Shown here one piece after another: positions 9,241 to 22,078 of a DNA stretch of 64,000 nt. A program made the translations under genes and the position numbers. Under the pieces are notes generated by a model. That model saw only the letters and a program-made list of their open reading frames with translations. It searched no databases and was not told where the DNA came from. The DNA comes from an uncultured Actinomycetota bacterium (GTDB lineage: Bacteria; Actinomycetota; Actinomycetes; Mycobacteriales; QHCD01), in assembly GCA_963775655.1 (NCBI GenBank), contig CAVZJT010000007.1, positions 680,230-744,229 on the forward strand. Direction: 5' to 3'. The first letter of the stretch is position 1. Each line of letters opens with the position of its first letter.

Positions 9241-10036
9241 CCGGCGGAGCCGTGGCCGCCGTACCCGCACCTGCAACGGCACCGGTGCCCGTCTCGGGGT
9301 CGGGCCGCCCGGCGATCGTGTCGAAGATCCGGAACTTGAACCGGATCTGGCGGGCCCGGCGGCGCTGTTCGCGCATATCGGAGCGCTCCCGGCGCCGCGA
9401 GCCGTCCTTGTAGAACCAGCGCGCCCAGGGCGACCTCGGGTGGGCCAGCCGGATCGAGCCGATCACGCCGAGGAACGGGATGAACAGGCCGAGCACCCCC
9501 ATGGCCAACTTTCCCTTGAGCACCGTGATCAAGACCAGGATGGCGTTGATCACCAGAACAGCGACCGCTTCGCTGCGGGCGGCGCTTTCCGCCGGCCCGA
9601 GGTCGTTGACCCCGAAGGGCAGCGCGCCGAGAAGAAGCAGACCGGTCACCGCGGCGGCAAGGACGACGGCGTCGACCGAGGTACGTCCCTCCTCCGACCA
9701 GTAGACGTCGTCGAGGTGCAGCAGCAGGGCGAACTCGTCGAGCACCAGGGCGGCACCGACGCCGAAAATGATGCCGAGGATCTGCCACCAGGGGGTGTTC
9801 GCTCCGGCGGGGGTGAACGCCCCGACCCCGCCGATCAGCATCAGCGCGGCCCCGAACACCGCGTGGTGGATGTGCACCCCGCCCGGGGTCACGTTGCCCG
9901 GCCACCAGGACACCCCCGCCCGGATCATCCGCACGCTGAGCCGGGTGAAGAGGAACGTGACGATGAAGGCCCCGAACAGGAAGAGCAACGGCGCCCTGCC
10001 GGGTTCGACGATCACGCGCTGATAGAAGTCGGACAC
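9170..10036 (-). CDS. polytopic membrane protein, paralogue of 5996-7108
   Basis: GTG at 10036 (V28 of the track ORF) with GAGGGA upstream. Motif GGVHIHHAVFGAALMLIG...ALVLDEFALLL aligns with the 5996-7108 protein. The 3' end overlaps the convergent 7111-9240 gene by 71 nt. Confidence 0.65.
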   Translation of the reverse strand: MSDFYQRVIVEPGRAPLLFLFGAFIVTFLFTRLSVRMIRAGVSWWPGNVTPGGVHIHHAVFGAALMLIGGVGAFTPAGANTPWWQILGIIFGVGAALVLDEFALLLHLDDVYWSEEGRTSVDAVVLAAAVTGLLLLGALPFGVNDLGPAESAARSEAVAVLVINAILVLITVLKGKLAMGVLGLFIPFLGVIGSIRLAHPRSPWARWFYKDGSRRRERSDMREQRRRARQIRFKFRIFDTIAGRPDPETGTGAVAGAGTAATAPPVTHAPSSPAEGDPGRPHQAGRPG

Positions 10037-10271
10037 GGTATCCCTCGGTGCTCCCCGAACGGACCGTCGGCCGGCGCGGATCCGGCGCGGTCGACGACCC
10101 ACCCTCGCCCCGATCATGGCCCGACGACTGCTTCGGGCGAGCCGAAACGGAGGATCTCACCTCGGGGCGGCCCACGGTCGGGTTCGGCGACGGGCCGGTC
10201 CGACGGCGATGAGTTTCGCCGCGGTCCTCGGTCTGTGCCCACGTCGATCAACCGCATTCGAGGAGAGCGAC

Positions 10272-10847
10272 ATGACCGCCACCTACACCTTCGACGTCTT
10301 CTCCAGCCTCGACGGTTACGGCGCCGCCGGCGGCGACTGGACCGGCTACTGGGGTAAGCAGGGCCCCGAGTTGCTCGACCACCGCCTTGCCTTGTACGAC
10401 GCGGAGCAGCGGATGGTCTTCGGGGCCAACACGTATCGGGCATTCGCCCAGATGCTGGCTTCGAGCACCGAGGACTCCGAGGTGCGTGACCCCTGGGTCA
10501 CCCGGATGAGGAGCATGCCGGCAACGGTGGTGTCGACGACCCTGGACGGACCGCTCGACTGGCCGGACGCGACCGTCGCCCGCGGTGACGCCGTCGACGT
10601 CGTCGCCCGGCTCAAGGAGGAGTCCGAGGTGCCGTTGCGCTCGCACGGCAGCCTGTCAATGAACCGGGCGCTGATGGCTGCCGGCCTGGTCGACCTCGTG
10701 CAGGTGACGATCTTCCCGGTCATCACCGGTCAGCACGGGCTGGACCCGATCTTCGCGGGTGCAGCCGACTTCGACCTCGAGCTGGTCGAGCACCGGACCC
10801 TCGACCGTCACATCCAAGAGCTCGTCTACCGACCCACCCTGCACTGA
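10272..10847 (+). CDS. dihydrofolate reductase-family protein (RibD C-terminal domain type)
   Basis: ATG at 10272 (M53 of the track ORF) after GAGGAGAG. 191 aa, MTATYTFDVFSSLDGYG...VFGANTY...LRSHGSLSMNRALMAAGLVDLVQVTIFPVI. Confidence 0.7.
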   Translation: MTATYTFDVFSSLDGYGAAGGDWTGYWGKQGPELLDHRLALYDAEQRMVFGANTYRAFAQMLASSTEDSEVRDPWVTRMRSMPATVVSTTLDGPLDWPDATVARGDAVDVVARLKEESEVPLRSHGSLSMNRALMAAGLVDLVQVTIFPVITGQHGLDPIFAGAADFDLELVEHRTLDRHIQELVYRPTLH

Positions 10848-10865
10848 CCCGTACGGCCCGCCGGG

Positions 10866-11519
10866 TCACCAACCCCGGGCGCGCCATTCCCCGAGGTGCG
10901 GGCGTTCGGTGCCGAGGGTGGTGTCCTTGCCATGCCCCGGATAGACCCAGGTCGGATCGGGCAGCGGGTCGAAGACCCGGTCCTCGAGGTCGGCCATCAG
11001 GCTGGCGAACTGCTCGGGGCCGGCGGTCTTGCCGGGCCCGCCGGGGAAGAGCGAGTCGCCGGTGAACAGGTGCGGGTGGGCGCCGGGCTCGTCGAAGCGC
11101 AGCGCGATGCTGCCCGGGGTATGGCCGCGCAGGTGGATGACCGAGAGGGTCGACTCCCCGACCGGGACGGTGTCGCCGTGCTCGACGGTCCGGTCGACGT
11201 CGACCGGCAGCTCGGGCGCGTCCAGGGTGTGCGCCACCACCTCGGCCCCGGTCGCCTCGCGCACGGCGGCGAGGGCCTGCCAGTGGTCGCCGTGCCGGTG
11301 GGTCGTCACGATCGTGCGCAGCGGGACGTCGCGGACCAGGTCGAGCAGCCGGTTCGGTTCGTTCGCCGCATCGATCAGTACGGCGTCCCCCGTGGCCGGG
11401 CAGCGCAGCAGGTAGGCGTTGTTGTCCATGGGGCCGACCGAGACCTTGGTGATCGTCAGGGTGTCGAGCCCGCGGACGTCGGATGGGCCGCCGGGGTGGA
11501 CGTCGCCGGTGTAGGTCAC
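10866..11519 (-). CDS. MBL-fold metallo-hydrolase (glyoxalase II-like)
   Basis: Metal-binding signature TTHRHGDHW, then HLRGHTPGS and GDSLF. Start is uncertain (GTG 11519 or the upstream start at 11576). Divergent from uvrA, as in mycobacteria. Confidence 0.8.
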   Translation of the reverse strand: MTYTGDVHPGGPSDVRGLDTLTITKVSVGPMDNNAYLLRCPATGDAVLIDAANEPNRLLDLVRDVPLRTIVTTHRHGDHWQALAAVREATGAEVVAHTLDAPELPVDVDRTVEHGDTVPVGESTLSVIHLRGHTPGSIALRFDEPGAHPHLFTGDSLFPGGPGKTAGPEQFASLMADLEDRVFDPLPDPTWVYPGHGKDTTLGTERPHLGEWRARGW

Positions 11520-11588
11520 GCCCTCAGATTGCCCGACCGGCCCGTTCCGGGCCAAACCGGGCCACCGGCAGACCACTCGGGAAGAAAC

Positions 11589-11610
11589 TGTCGGTACCCG
11601 TCGCTAGATT
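11589..11610 (+). promoter_or_regulatory. RecA-independent DNA-damage promoter motif (TGTCGGTA-N8-TAGATT) upstream of uvrA
   Basis: Sequence TGTCGGTA cccgtcgc TAGATT lies 56 nt upstream of the uvrA GTG. It matches the tTGTCRgtg-N8-TAnnnT motif described for mycobacterial damage-induced genes. Confidence 0.55.
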
Positions 11611-11666
11611 GGAGCTGTCGACTTCTACCCCCCGATCTCTCGCCCGCCGACACTGACTGGAACCCC

Positions 11667-14660
11667 GTGGCTGACCGTTTGATCGTCCGTGGTGCGCGTG
11701 AGCACAACCTCAAGGACGTCCATCTCGACCTGCCTCGGGACGCCCTGATCGTCTTCACCGGGCTGTCCGGGTCCGGCAAGTCCAGTCTGGCGTTCGACAC
11801 GATCTTCGCCGAGGGGCAGCGCCGTTACGTCGAGTCACTGTCGGCGTATGCCCGGCAGTTCCTCGGCCAAATGGACAAACCGGACGTCGACTTCATCGAG
11901 GGGTTGTCCCCGGCGGTGTCGATCGACCAGAAGTCGACCAACCGCAACCCGCGCTCGACGGTCGGCACGATCACGGAGGTCTACGACTATCTCCGGCTGC
12001 TCTACGCCCGGGCCGGGCACCCGCATTGCCCGAAATGCGGGCGGCCGATCACCCGTCAGACCCCGCAGCAGATCGTCGATCAGGTGCTCGAGATGGAGGA
12101 GGGCACCCGGTTCCAGGTGCTCGCCCCGGTGGTGCGCGGTCGCAAGGGTGAATACGTCGACCTGTTCGGCGAGCTGCAGTCCAAGGGCTATTCGCGGGTG
12201 CGGGTCGACGGGGTGGTCCACTCGCTGACCGATCCGCCGCGGCTGAAGAAGCAGGAGAAGCACACCATCGAGGTGGTCGTCGACCGGCTTGCCGCGAAGC
12301 CCTCGGCCAAGCGCCGGCTGACCGACTCGGTCGAGACCGCACTCGGGCTGGGCGACGGCATGGTCATCCTCGACCTCGTCGACCTGCCCGAGAACGACCC
12401 GCATCGCGAGCGGACCTTCTCCGAGCACCTGGCCTGCCTCTACGACAACCTGTCGTTCGAGGCGCTGGAGCCGCGGTCGTTCTCCTTCAACTCACCGTTC
12501 GGCGCCTGCCCCGAGTGCACCGGAATCGGCACCCGCAAGGAGGTCGACGCGGAACTTGTGGTGCCCGATCCGGAGCGGTCGGTGGCCGACGGGGCGATCT
12601 CGCCGTGGACGTCCGGGCACACCAGCGACTACTTCCTCCGGCTGCTGCAGGCGCTCGCCGACGCGCTCGGCTTCAGTCTGGACACACCGTGGGACGACCT
12701 GCCGGTGCGGGCGCAGAAGGCGATCCTCTACGGCCACGACACCCAGGTGCACGTGCGCTACCGCAACCGCTACGGCCGCGAGCGCGCCTACTACGCGTCG
12801 TTCGAGGGTGTGGTGCCGTGGATCGAGCGGCGTTACTCGGAGACCGACAGCGACTACAGCCGGGAGAAGTACGAGGGCTACATGCGGGAGGTCCCCTGCC
12901 CGGCGTGCGGCGGCGCCCGCCTCAAGCCGGTGGTCCTCGCGGTGACACTGGGCGACCGGTCCATCGCCGAGATCTCCGCGATGTCGATCTCCGAACTCGC
13001 CGACTTCCTCGGTGGGATCGAGCTCTCCGACCGGGAGCGGATGATCGCCGAGCGGGTGCTCAAGGAGGTCCATGCCCGGCTCGGGTTCCTGCTCGACGTC
13101 GGCCTGGACTACCTGTCCCTCGACCGGCCCGCCGGGACGCTCGCCGGTGGGGAGGCGCAGCGGATCCGGCTCGCCACCCAGATCGGGTCCGGTCTGGTCG
13201 GCGTGCTTTACGTCCTCGACGAGCCGTCGATCGGACTGCACCAGCGCGACAACCACCGGCTGATCGAGACGCTGGTGCGGCTGCGCGACCTCGGCAACAC
13301 GCTGATCGTGGTCGAGCACGACGAGGACACCATCCGCTCGGCCGACTGGGTGGTCGACATCGGCCCGGGGGCGGGTGAGCATGGCGGGCACGTCGTGGTC
13401 AGCGGCGGCGTCTCCGAGCTCGAGGCCGCGACCGAGTCGCTGACCGGCGCCTACCTGTCCGGTCGGCGGTCGATCGTGCTGCCCGACAAGCGCCGCCGGC
13501 CGACTCCCGGGCGTGAGCTGGTCGTGGAAAACGCGCACGAACACAACCTGCGCGGTGTCGACGCGACCTTCCCGCTGGGCTGCTTCGTGACCGTGACGGG
13601 CGTGTCCGGGTCGGGCAAGTCCACGCTGGTCAACGACATCCTTTACGCGGCGCTGGCCCGGGCCATCAACGGCGCGAAGACCGTGCCCGGCCGGCACCGC
13701 CGGGTGAAGGGGCTCGGTGAGGTCGACAAGGTGGTCGGCGTCGACCAGTCGCCGATCGGCCGGACACCACGGTCCAACCCGGCGACCTACACCGGCGTCT
13801 TCGACCACGTCCGTCGGTTGTTCGCCGAGACGACCGAGGCGAAGGTGCGCGGCTATCAGCCCGGGCGGTTCTCGTTCAACGTCAAGGGCGGGCGCTGCGA
13901 GGCGTGCGCCGGCGACGGCACCATCAAGATCGAGATGAACTTCCTGCCCGACGTCTATGTGCCGTGTGAGGTCTGCAAGGGCGCCCGCTACAACCGCGAG
14001 ACGCTGGAGGTGCACTTCAAGGGGCGGACGATCGCCGAGGTGCTCGACATGCCGATCGAGGAGGCGGCCGAGTTCTTCGAGGCGATGCCGGCGATCAGCC
14101 GGCACCTGAAGACCCTGGTCGACGTCGGGCTGGGTTACGTCCGGCTCGGCCAGCCGGCGCCCACCCTCTCCGGCGGTGAGGCGCAGCGGGTCAAGCTCGC
14201 CTCCGAACTGCAGAAGCGCTCGACCGGTCGCACCGTCTACATCCTCGACGAGCCCACGACCGGCCTGCACTTCGAGGACGTCCGCAAGCTGCTCGGGGTG
14301 CTCGGCCGGTTGGTCGACCAGGGCAACACGGTGATCGTCATCGAGCACAACCTCGACGTGGTCAAGACCTCCGACTGGATCATCGACATGGGTCCCGAGG
14401 GCGGTCGGGGCGGCGGCGCGATCGTCGCAACCGGTACGCCGGAACAGATCGCCGCGGTGCCCGAGTCCTACACCGGACAGTTCCTGCGACCGCTGGTCGA
14501 GCGGGCGAAGCCGGTTCGGGCGAAGAAGTCGACACCCAGGGCAAAGACGCCGGCGCCGCGGGCGGCGACGAAGGTTGCCGACCGTGGGGCCAAGAAGTCG
14601 GCCGGGCGGATTGCCAAGAAGTCGGCGGCGCGGGCGACCAAGAAGACCGCCGCGCGCTGA
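11667..14660 (+). CDS. uvrA: excinuclease ABC subunit A
   Basis: Starts [54 protein letters not shown]. Two ABC modules and zinc-finger cysteines are present. An extra basic C-terminal tail is also present (see findings). Confidence 0.97.
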   Translation: MADRLIVRGAREHNLKDVHLDLPRDALIVFTGLSGSGKSSLAFDTIFAEGQRRYVESLSAYARQFLGQMDKPDVDFIEGLSPAVSIDQKSTNRNPRSTVGTITEVYDYLRLLYARAGHPHCPKCGRPITRQTPQQIVDQVLEMEEGTRFQVLAPVVRGRKGEYVDLFGELQSKGYSRVRVDGVVHSLTDPPRLKKQEKHTIEVVVDRLAAKPSAKRRLTDSVETALGLGDGMVILDLVDLPENDPHRERTFSEHLACLYDNLSFEALEPRSFSFNSPFGACPECTGIGTRKEVDAELVVPDPERSVADGAISPWTSGHTSDYFLRLLQALADALGFSLDTPWDDLPVRAQKAILYGHDTQVHVRYRNRYGRERAYYASFEGVVPWIERRYSETDSDYSREKYEGYMREVPCPACGGARLKPVVLAVTLGDRSIAEISAMSISELADFLGGIELSDRERMIAERVLKEVHARLGFLLDVGLDYLSLDRPAGTLAGGEAQRIRLATQIGSGLVGVLYVLDEPSIGLHQRDNHRLIETLVRLRDLGNTLIVVEHDEDTIRSADWVVDIGPGAGEHGGHVVVSGGVSELEAATESLTGAYLSGRRSIVLPDKRRRPTPGRELVVENAHEHNLRGVDATFPLGCFVTVTGVSGSGKSTLVNDILYAALARAINGAKTVPGRHRRVKGLGEVDKVVGVDQSPIGRTPRSNPATYTGVFDHVRRLFAETTEAKVRGYQPGRFSFNVKGGRCEACAGDGTIKIEMNFLPDVYVPCEVCKGARYNRETLEVHFKGRTIAEVLDMPIEEAAEFFEAMPAISRHLKTLVDVGLGYVRLGQPAPTLSGGEAQRVKLASELQKRSTGRTVYILDEPTTGLHFEDVRKLLGVLGRLVDQGNTVIVIEHNLDVVKTSDWIIDMGPEGGRGGGAIVATGTPEQIAAVPESYTGQFLRPLVERAKPVRAKKSTPRAKTPAPRAATKVADRGAKKSAGRIAKKSAARATKKTAAR

Positions 14661-14686
14661 CACGCCCGACCACTCCGCGGCATCAT

Positions 14687-14735
14687 CGGACGCTGTACTC
14701 GCATTTCCGGGCCGGATTTGCGAGTAGAGCGTCCG
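14687..14735. terminator. 49-nt imperfect hairpin after uvrA (possible terminator or regulatory stem)
   Basis: CGGACGCTGTACTCGCATTTCCGG / CCGGATTTGCGAGTAGAGCGTCCG, about 21 of 24 positions paired. Starts 27 nt after the uvrA stop. No U-tract. Confidence 0.4.
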
Positions 14736-14807
14736 ACATCGCCCACCCGTGGCCGGGGGAGCGCACGATCGCCCCGCACGAGAGCGGACCGCGGGTCGGG
14801 GCGGAGA

Positions 14808-14813
14808 TAGGCT
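14808..14813 (+). promoter_or_regulatory. candidate -10 hexamer TAGGCT placed for a leaderless uvrC transcript
   Basis: TAGGCT ends 6 nt before the A of the uvrC ATG (14820). No SD in between. Confidence 0.3.
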
Positions 14814-14819
14814 CGGGAT

Positions 14820-16820
14820 ATGCCTGATCCGTCCACCTACCGCCCGGCTCCGGGCACCATCCCGGAATCTCCGGGGGTGTACCGGTTCTCGGACGTGCAT
14901 GGCCGGGTCATCTACGTCGGCAAGGCGAAGAGCCTCCGCAGCCGCCTGTCGTCGTACTTCCAGGACATCACCGCGCTCCATCCGCGCACCCGGCAGATGG
15001 TGATGACCGCCGCGGAGGTGCAGTGGACGGTGGTCTCCACCGAGGTGGAGGCGCTCCAGCTCGAATACAACTGGATCAAGGAGTTCGACCCGCGGTTCAA
15101 CGTGCGGTACCGCGACGACAAGAGCTACCCGTCACTCGCGGTCACCTTGTACGAGGAGTATCCGCGGCTGCAGGTGATGCGCGGTCCCAAGCGCAAGGGA
15201 GTGCGCTACTTCGGGCCCTACGCCCACGCCTGGGCGATCCGGGAGACCCTCGACCTGCTGCTGCGGGTGTTCCCGGCCCGCACCTGCTCGGCGGGCGTCT
15301 TCAAGCGGGCCCGTCAGATCGACCGGCCCTGCCTGCTGGGCTACATCGGCAAGTGTTCGGCGCCGTGTGTCGGCCGGGTCAGCGCCGACGAGCACCGGCG
15401 GATCGTCGAGGACTTCACCGACTTCATGGCCGGCAAGACCGATCAGATGCTGCGCCGCATGGAAGTGGAGATGGAGCAGGCCTCCGCCGAACTCGAGTTC
15501 GAACGGGCCGCCCGGCTGCGCGACGACATCGGCGCGCTGCGCCGGGCGATGGAGAAGCAGGCCGTCGTCTTCGGTGACGGCACCGACGCCGACGTGGTGG
15601 CCTTCGCCCAGGACCCGCTCGAGGCCGCGGTCCAGGTGTTCCACGTGCGCGGCGGCCGAGTCCGCGGTCAGCGCGGGTGGGTGGTCGACAAGGTCGAGGA
15701 CGTCACCACCGGCGAGTTGGTCGAGCAGTTCGCCACCCAGATCTACGGGGGCGACTATGCCGAGGACGTTCCCCGCGAGGTGCTCGTGCCGGAGTTGCCG
15801 GCCGATGCGGAGGCGCTCGAGGAGTGGCTGGCCGAGCGGCGCGGCGGCCGGGTGCGGTTGCGGGTGCCGCAGCGCGGTGACAAGCGGGCGCTGATGGAGA
15901 CGGTGGCCCGCAACGCCGAGCAGGCGTTCACCCAGCACAAGCTGAAGCGGGCGAGCGACCTGACGGCCCGTAGCCGGGCACTGGCCGAGATCCAGGACGC
16001 GTTGGGGCTCGACGACGCGCCGTTGCGGATCGAGTGCTTCGACGTCTCCCACGTGCAGGGGAGCAACGTCGTGGCCAGCATGGTCGTGTTCGAGGACGGA
16101 CTGGCGCGCAAGAACGAGTACCGCAGGTTCGCGATTCGGGGCACGCACGGCTCGGACGACACCGCCTGGATCCGGGAGGTCGTGCACCGCCGCTTCAGCC
16201 GATACCTCGAGGAACGGATCCGCTCCGGTGACGAGGACGATCCCGAAGCCACGCCGATCGACCCCGACACCGGGCGACCGCGGAAGTTCGCCTACCCACC
16301 GAACCTCGTCGTCGTCGACGGCGGTGCGCCGCAGGTCGCCGCTGCAGCGGAGGCCCTGGCCGACCTCGGCATCGTCGACGTCGCGCTATGCGGGCTCGCG
16401 AAACGGCTCGAGGAGGTCTGGCTCCCCGGGGACACCGACCCGGTGATCCTGCCCAGGACGTCGGAGGGTCTGTATCTCCTGCAGCGGGTACGGGACGAGG
16501 CGCACCGGTTCGCGATCACCTATCACCGGCAGAAGCGGTCCAAGTCGATGGTGGCGTCGGTGCTCGACGGCGTACCGGGTCTCGGCGAGACACGTCGCAA
16601 GGCCCTGCTGTCGCGATTCGGATCGTTGAAGCGGCTACGCGCCGCGACCGTCGACGAGATCGGCTGCGTGCCCGGAATCGGGCCCCGTATCGCCGAATCG
16701 GTTGTCGCGGCGCTGCATGTCGAGGACGATACCGAGACGCCGGCAGTCAACCCGGCGACCGGGGAAATAGTCGACGACGAGGTCGCGCGGTCCGGCTCAG
16801 GCAGCGATGGTGGGGGATGA
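14820..16820 (+). CDS. uvrC: excinuclease ABC subunit C
   Basis: 666 aa. GIY-YIG N-terminus ([29 protein letters not shown]), UVR domain, C-terminal HhH. Confidence 0.97.
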   Translation: MPDPSTYRPAPGTIPESPGVYRFSDVHGRVIYVGKAKSLRSRLSSYFQDITALHPRTRQMVMTAAEVQWTVVSTEVEALQLEYNWIKEFDPRFNVRYRDDKSYPSLAVTLYEEYPRLQVMRGPKRKGVRYFGPYAHAWAIRETLDLLLRVFPARTCSAGVFKRARQIDRPCLLGYIGKCSAPCVGRVSADEHRRIVEDFTDFMAGKTDQMLRRMEVEMEQASAELEFERAARLRDDIGALRRAMEKQAVVFGDGTDADVVAFAQDPLEAAVQVFHVRGGRVRGQRGWVVDKVEDVTTGELVEQFATQIYGGDYAEDVPREVLVPELPADAEALEEWLAERRGGRVRLRVPQRGDKRALMETVARNAEQAFTQHKLKRASDLTARSRALAEIQDALGLDDAPLRIECFDVSHVQGSNVVASMVVFEDGLARKNEYRRFAIRGTHGSDDTAWIREVVHRRFSRYLEERIRSGDEDDPEATPIDPDTGRPRKFAYPPNLVVVDGGAPQVAAAAEALADLGIVDVALCGLAKRLEEVWLPGDTDPVILPRTSEGLYLLQRVRDEAHRFAITYHRQKRSKSMVASVLDGVPGLGETRRKALLSRFGSLKRLRAATVDEIGCVPGIGPRIAESVVAALHVEDDTETPAVNPATGEIVDDEVARSGSGSDGGG

Positions 16821-17707
16821 CGGTCCGCGAGGGGGACGACGAACCGCACGGCATCGAGGTGGTCCTCGTGTCCGGGCTGTCCGGCGCCGGTCGGAGCACG
16901 GCCGCGAAGTGCCTGGAGGACCTCGGCTATTTCGTCGTCGACAATCTTCCGCCCGAGCTGATCTCGACGATGGTCGCGCTCGGCAGCCGGTCCAAGGGTG
17001 CCGTCACCCGGATCGCGATCGTCGTCGACGTCCGGAGCCGCGCGTTCTCCGCCGACCTGCGCGACGTGATCGTCGAGCTCGACCGACTCGGCAACCGGCC
17101 GTGGGTCCTCTTCCTCGAAGCACGGGACGACGTCCTCGTCCGCCGCTTCGAAAACGTGCGGCGCCAGCATCCGCTGCAGGGCGCCGGTCGGCTGATCGAC
17201 GGCATCGAGGCCGAACGGGAGTTGCTGCGCGGCATCGCCGGGGAGGCCGACCTGGTCATCGACACCAGCGTGCTCAACGTGCACGAGCTACGGCACAAGA
17301 TGGAGTCGGCGTTCGGGAGCGACGCGACCCCGCCACTGCGGGCGACGGTGCTGTCCTTCGGGTACAAGTACGGCCTGCCGGTGGACGCCGACCTCGTGGT
17401 CGACGTGCGGTTCCTGCCCAACCCGCACTGGATTCCCGAGCTGCGCGAGATGACCGGGCGCGACCCGGAGGTCCGCGACTACGTGCTGAGCCAGGCCGGC
17501 GCTGGCGAATTCCTCGACCTCCTGCACACGCTGCTGCAGCTCGTCGGGGCCGGCTACCAGCGGGAGGGCAAGCGCTACCTCACCCTCGCCGTCGGCTGCA
17601 CCGGCGGCAAGCACCGGTCGGTCGCGATGGCCGAACAGCTCGCCGCGCGCCTCGAGCAGGACGAGGTGCACGCCGAGGTCGTCCACCGCGACCTGGGCAG
17701 GGAGTGA
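16817..17707 (+). CDS. rapZ: RNase adapter protein RapZ (P-loop ATPase)
   Basis: ATG at 16817 (M144 of the track ORF) overlaps the uvrC stop (ATGA). [30 protein letters not shown]. Confidence 0.92.
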   Translation: MTVREGDDEPHGIEVVLVSGLSGAGRSTAAKCLEDLGYFVVDNLPPELISTMVALGSRSKGAVTRIAIVVDVRSRAFSADLRDVIVELDRLGNRPWVLFLEARDDVLVRRFENVRRQHPLQGAGRLIDGIEAERELLRGIAGEADLVIDTSVLNVHELRHKMESAFGSDATPPLRATVLSFGYKYGLPVDADLVVDVRFLPNPHWIPELREMTGRDPEVRDYVLSQAGAGEFLDLLHTLLQLVGAGYQREGKRYLTLAVGCTGGKHRSVAMAEQLAARLEQDEVHAEVVHRDLGRE

Positions 17708-17711
17708 GCCG

Positions 17712-18698
17712 GTGACCGAGGAGACCGCACGGATGGTCACCGCCGCGGCCGACGGGCCGCGGGTGGTGGCACTGGGCGGCGGGCACGGCCTCGCCGCGTC
17801 GCTGGCCGCGCTCCGCATGCTGACCGAACGGCTCACCGCCGTGGTCACGGTCGCCGACGACGGCGGGTCCAGCGGCCGGATCCGTCGGGAGCTCTCGGCG
17901 GTCCCCCCGGGCGATCTGCGGATGGCCCTCGCGGCCCTCGCCGGCGACGACGAGTGGGGACGCACGTGGGGGGATCTGCTGCAGTTCCGGTTCGGCGGGA
18001 CCGGCGCGCTGGCCGGGCACCCGGTCGGCAACCTGCTGCTCACCGGGTTGGCGGAGCTGACCGGCGACACCGTCGCCGCGCTCGACCTGACCGGGCGGCT
18101 GCTCGGTGCGATCGGCCGCGTGCTGCCGATGAGCACCGTGCCACTCGAGATCGTCGCCGAGGTGGCCGGCATCGACGACGACCCGATGTCGACCCGCCTG
18201 ATCCGCGGACAGGTCGCGGTCGCGACCACGCCCGGCCGGGTGCTGTCGGTCTCGGTCGTGCCGCGCGACCCGCCGGCCTGCGGGCCGGCCGTGCAGGCCG
18301 TCCGCGACGCCGATTTCGTCGTACTGGGCCCGGGCTCGTGGTTCACCAGTGTGCTGCCGCACCTGCTGGTGCCGCAGCTGGCCGAGGCCCTCGCCGAGAC
18401 ACGGGCGCAACGGGTGGTCGCGCTCAACCTCGCACCGCAGGCGGGGGAGACGGATGGATTCTCCCCGGAGACCCATCTGGACGTACTCTGCGCCCACGCC
18501 CCGAAGTTGCGGATCGACGCGGTCGTGGCGGACGCGGCATCCACGGCGGGTGGTGGTGGATTGGCCGCCGCGGTCCGCCGGCTCGGGGCGCGACTGGTGC
18601 TCGCGCCGGTCGCCGCCGCGGACGGTACGGCCCGGCACGACCCCCGGCTGCTGGCCGAGGCGTACCGGCAGGTGTTCGGCGGGGCGATGAATCGGTGA
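17712..18698 (+). CDS. yvcK: YvcK/CofD-like gluconeogenesis factor (CuvA-type)
   Basis: 328 aa. VVALGGGHGLAASLAALR...VVTVADDGGSSGRIRREL. Confidence 0.9.
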   Translation: MTEETARMVTAAADGPRVVALGGGHGLAASLAALRMLTERLTAVVTVADDGGSSGRIRRELSAVPPGDLRMALAALAGDDEWGRTWGDLLQFRFGGTGALAGHPVGNLLLTGLAELTGDTVAALDLTGRLLGAIGRVLPMSTVPLEIVAEVAGIDDDPMSTRLIRGQVAVATTPGRVLSVSVVPRDPPACGPAVQAVRDADFVVLGPGSWFTSVLPHLLVPQLAEALAETRAQRVVALNLAPQAGETDGFSPETHLDVLCAHAPKLRIDAVVADAASTAGGGGLAAAVRRLGARLVLAPVAAADGTARHDPRLLAEAYRQVFGGAMNR

Positions 18699-18737
18699 CC
18701 GAAGGTTTGTGACAGGCGACACGGGGAGGCAGGGCAT

Positions 18738-20877
<2,140 letters not shown>

Positions 20878-20881
20878 GGAC

Positions 20882-22078
20882 ATGAAGACCGTCGACGACC
20901 TGCTCGCCGAGGGTGTGCGGGGCCGGCACGTCCTCGTCCGGTCCGACCTCAACGTCCCGATGGACGGCGGCCGGATCACCGACGACGGCCGGATCCTCGC
21001 CAGCCTCCCCGTGATCGGGCGGCTGGCCGAGGCGGGTGCGCGGGTGGTGGTTACCGCCCATCTGGGTCGGCCCAAGGGCGCTCCCGACCCGCAGTACTCG
21101 CTGCGTCCGGTCGGTGCCCGGCTCGGTGAGCTCCTCGGCCGGCCGGTGACGTGTGCCGCAGACGTCGTCGGGGACAGCGCCCGGTCGGTGGTGTCCGACC
21201 TCGCCGACGGATCGGTGGCGCTGCTGGAGAATGTCCGCTTCGAGGCGGGAGAGACCAGCAAGGACGACGCGCAGCGCGGCGCGTTCGCCGACGCGCTCGC
21301 CGGGCTCGTCGGCGCGGGCGGCGCCTACGTCGACGACGCGTTCGGCGCGGTGCACCGCAAGCACGCCAGCGTCTACGACGTCGCCCAGCGGCTGCCGCAC
21401 TACGCCGGCGACCTGGTGCTGCGGGAACTGACGATGCTGAGCACGCTGACCGGGTCGCCGGACCGGCCCTACGTGGTCGTGCTCGGCGGCAGCAAGGTCT
21501 CGGACAAGCTCGGCGTGATCTCGGCGCTGCTGCCCAAGGTCGACCGGTTGCTGATCGGCGGCGGGATGTGCTTCACGTTCCTCGCCGCCCAGGGCCACGA
21601 GGTCGGCGCGTCGCTGCTCGAGACCGAGCAGATCGACACCTGCCGGCAGCTGCTGGCCGAGTCGGGTGACCGGATCGTGCTGCCGGTCGACATCGTCGTC
21701 GCGGCCGACATCAGCCCGCACTCGGTGCCGAAGACGGTCGAGGCGATCAGCATCCCCGTCGAGGAGATGGGCCTGGACATCGGACCGGAGAGCGTCACCC
21801 TCTTCGCCCACGAGCTCGGCAAGGCCCGCACGGTCTTCTGGAACGGTCCGATGGGCGTGTTCGAGGTGGCACCGTTCGCGGCCGGAACCAAGGGCGTAGC
21901 ACAGGCGGTCGCCGACTGCCCGGGTACGACGGTCGTCGGGGGCGGCGACTCCGCCGCGGCGGTGCGCGCCCTGGGCCTCGACGAGAGCGCCTACACCCAC
22001 ATCTCGACCGGCGGCGGCGCGTCGCTGGAATACCTCGAGGGCAAGGCGCTGCCCGGCGTCGCCGTACTGGAGTCCTGA
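20882..22078 (+). CDS. pgk: phosphoglycerate kinase
   Basis: ATG at 20882 (M81 of the track ORF). [38 protein letters not shown]. Confidence 0.96.
   Translation: MKTVDDLLAEGVRGRHVLVRSDLNVPMDGGRITDDGRILASLPVIGRLAEAGARVVVTAHLGRPKGAPDPQYSLRPVGARLGELLGRPVTCAADVVGDSARSVVSDLADGSVALLENVRFEAGETSKDDAQRGAFADALAGLVGAGGAYVDDAFGAVHRKHASVYDVAQRLPHYAGDLVLRELTMLSTLTGSPDRPYVVVLGGSKVSDKLGVISALLPKVDRLLIGGGMCFTFLAAQGHEVGASLLETEQIDTCRQLLAESGDRIVLPVDIVVAADISPHSVPKTVEAISIPVEEMGLDIGPESVTLFAHELGKARTVFWNGPMGVFEVAPFAAGTKGVAQAVADCPGTTVVGGGDSAAAVRALGLDESAYTHISTGGGASLEYLEGKALPGVAVLES

Noticed and set aside
11520-11666. A LexA/SOS box upstream of uvrA.
   Set aside because: I could not find a TCGAAC-N4-GTTCGA-like dyad in the intergenic region. 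Only the RecA-independent motif is present.
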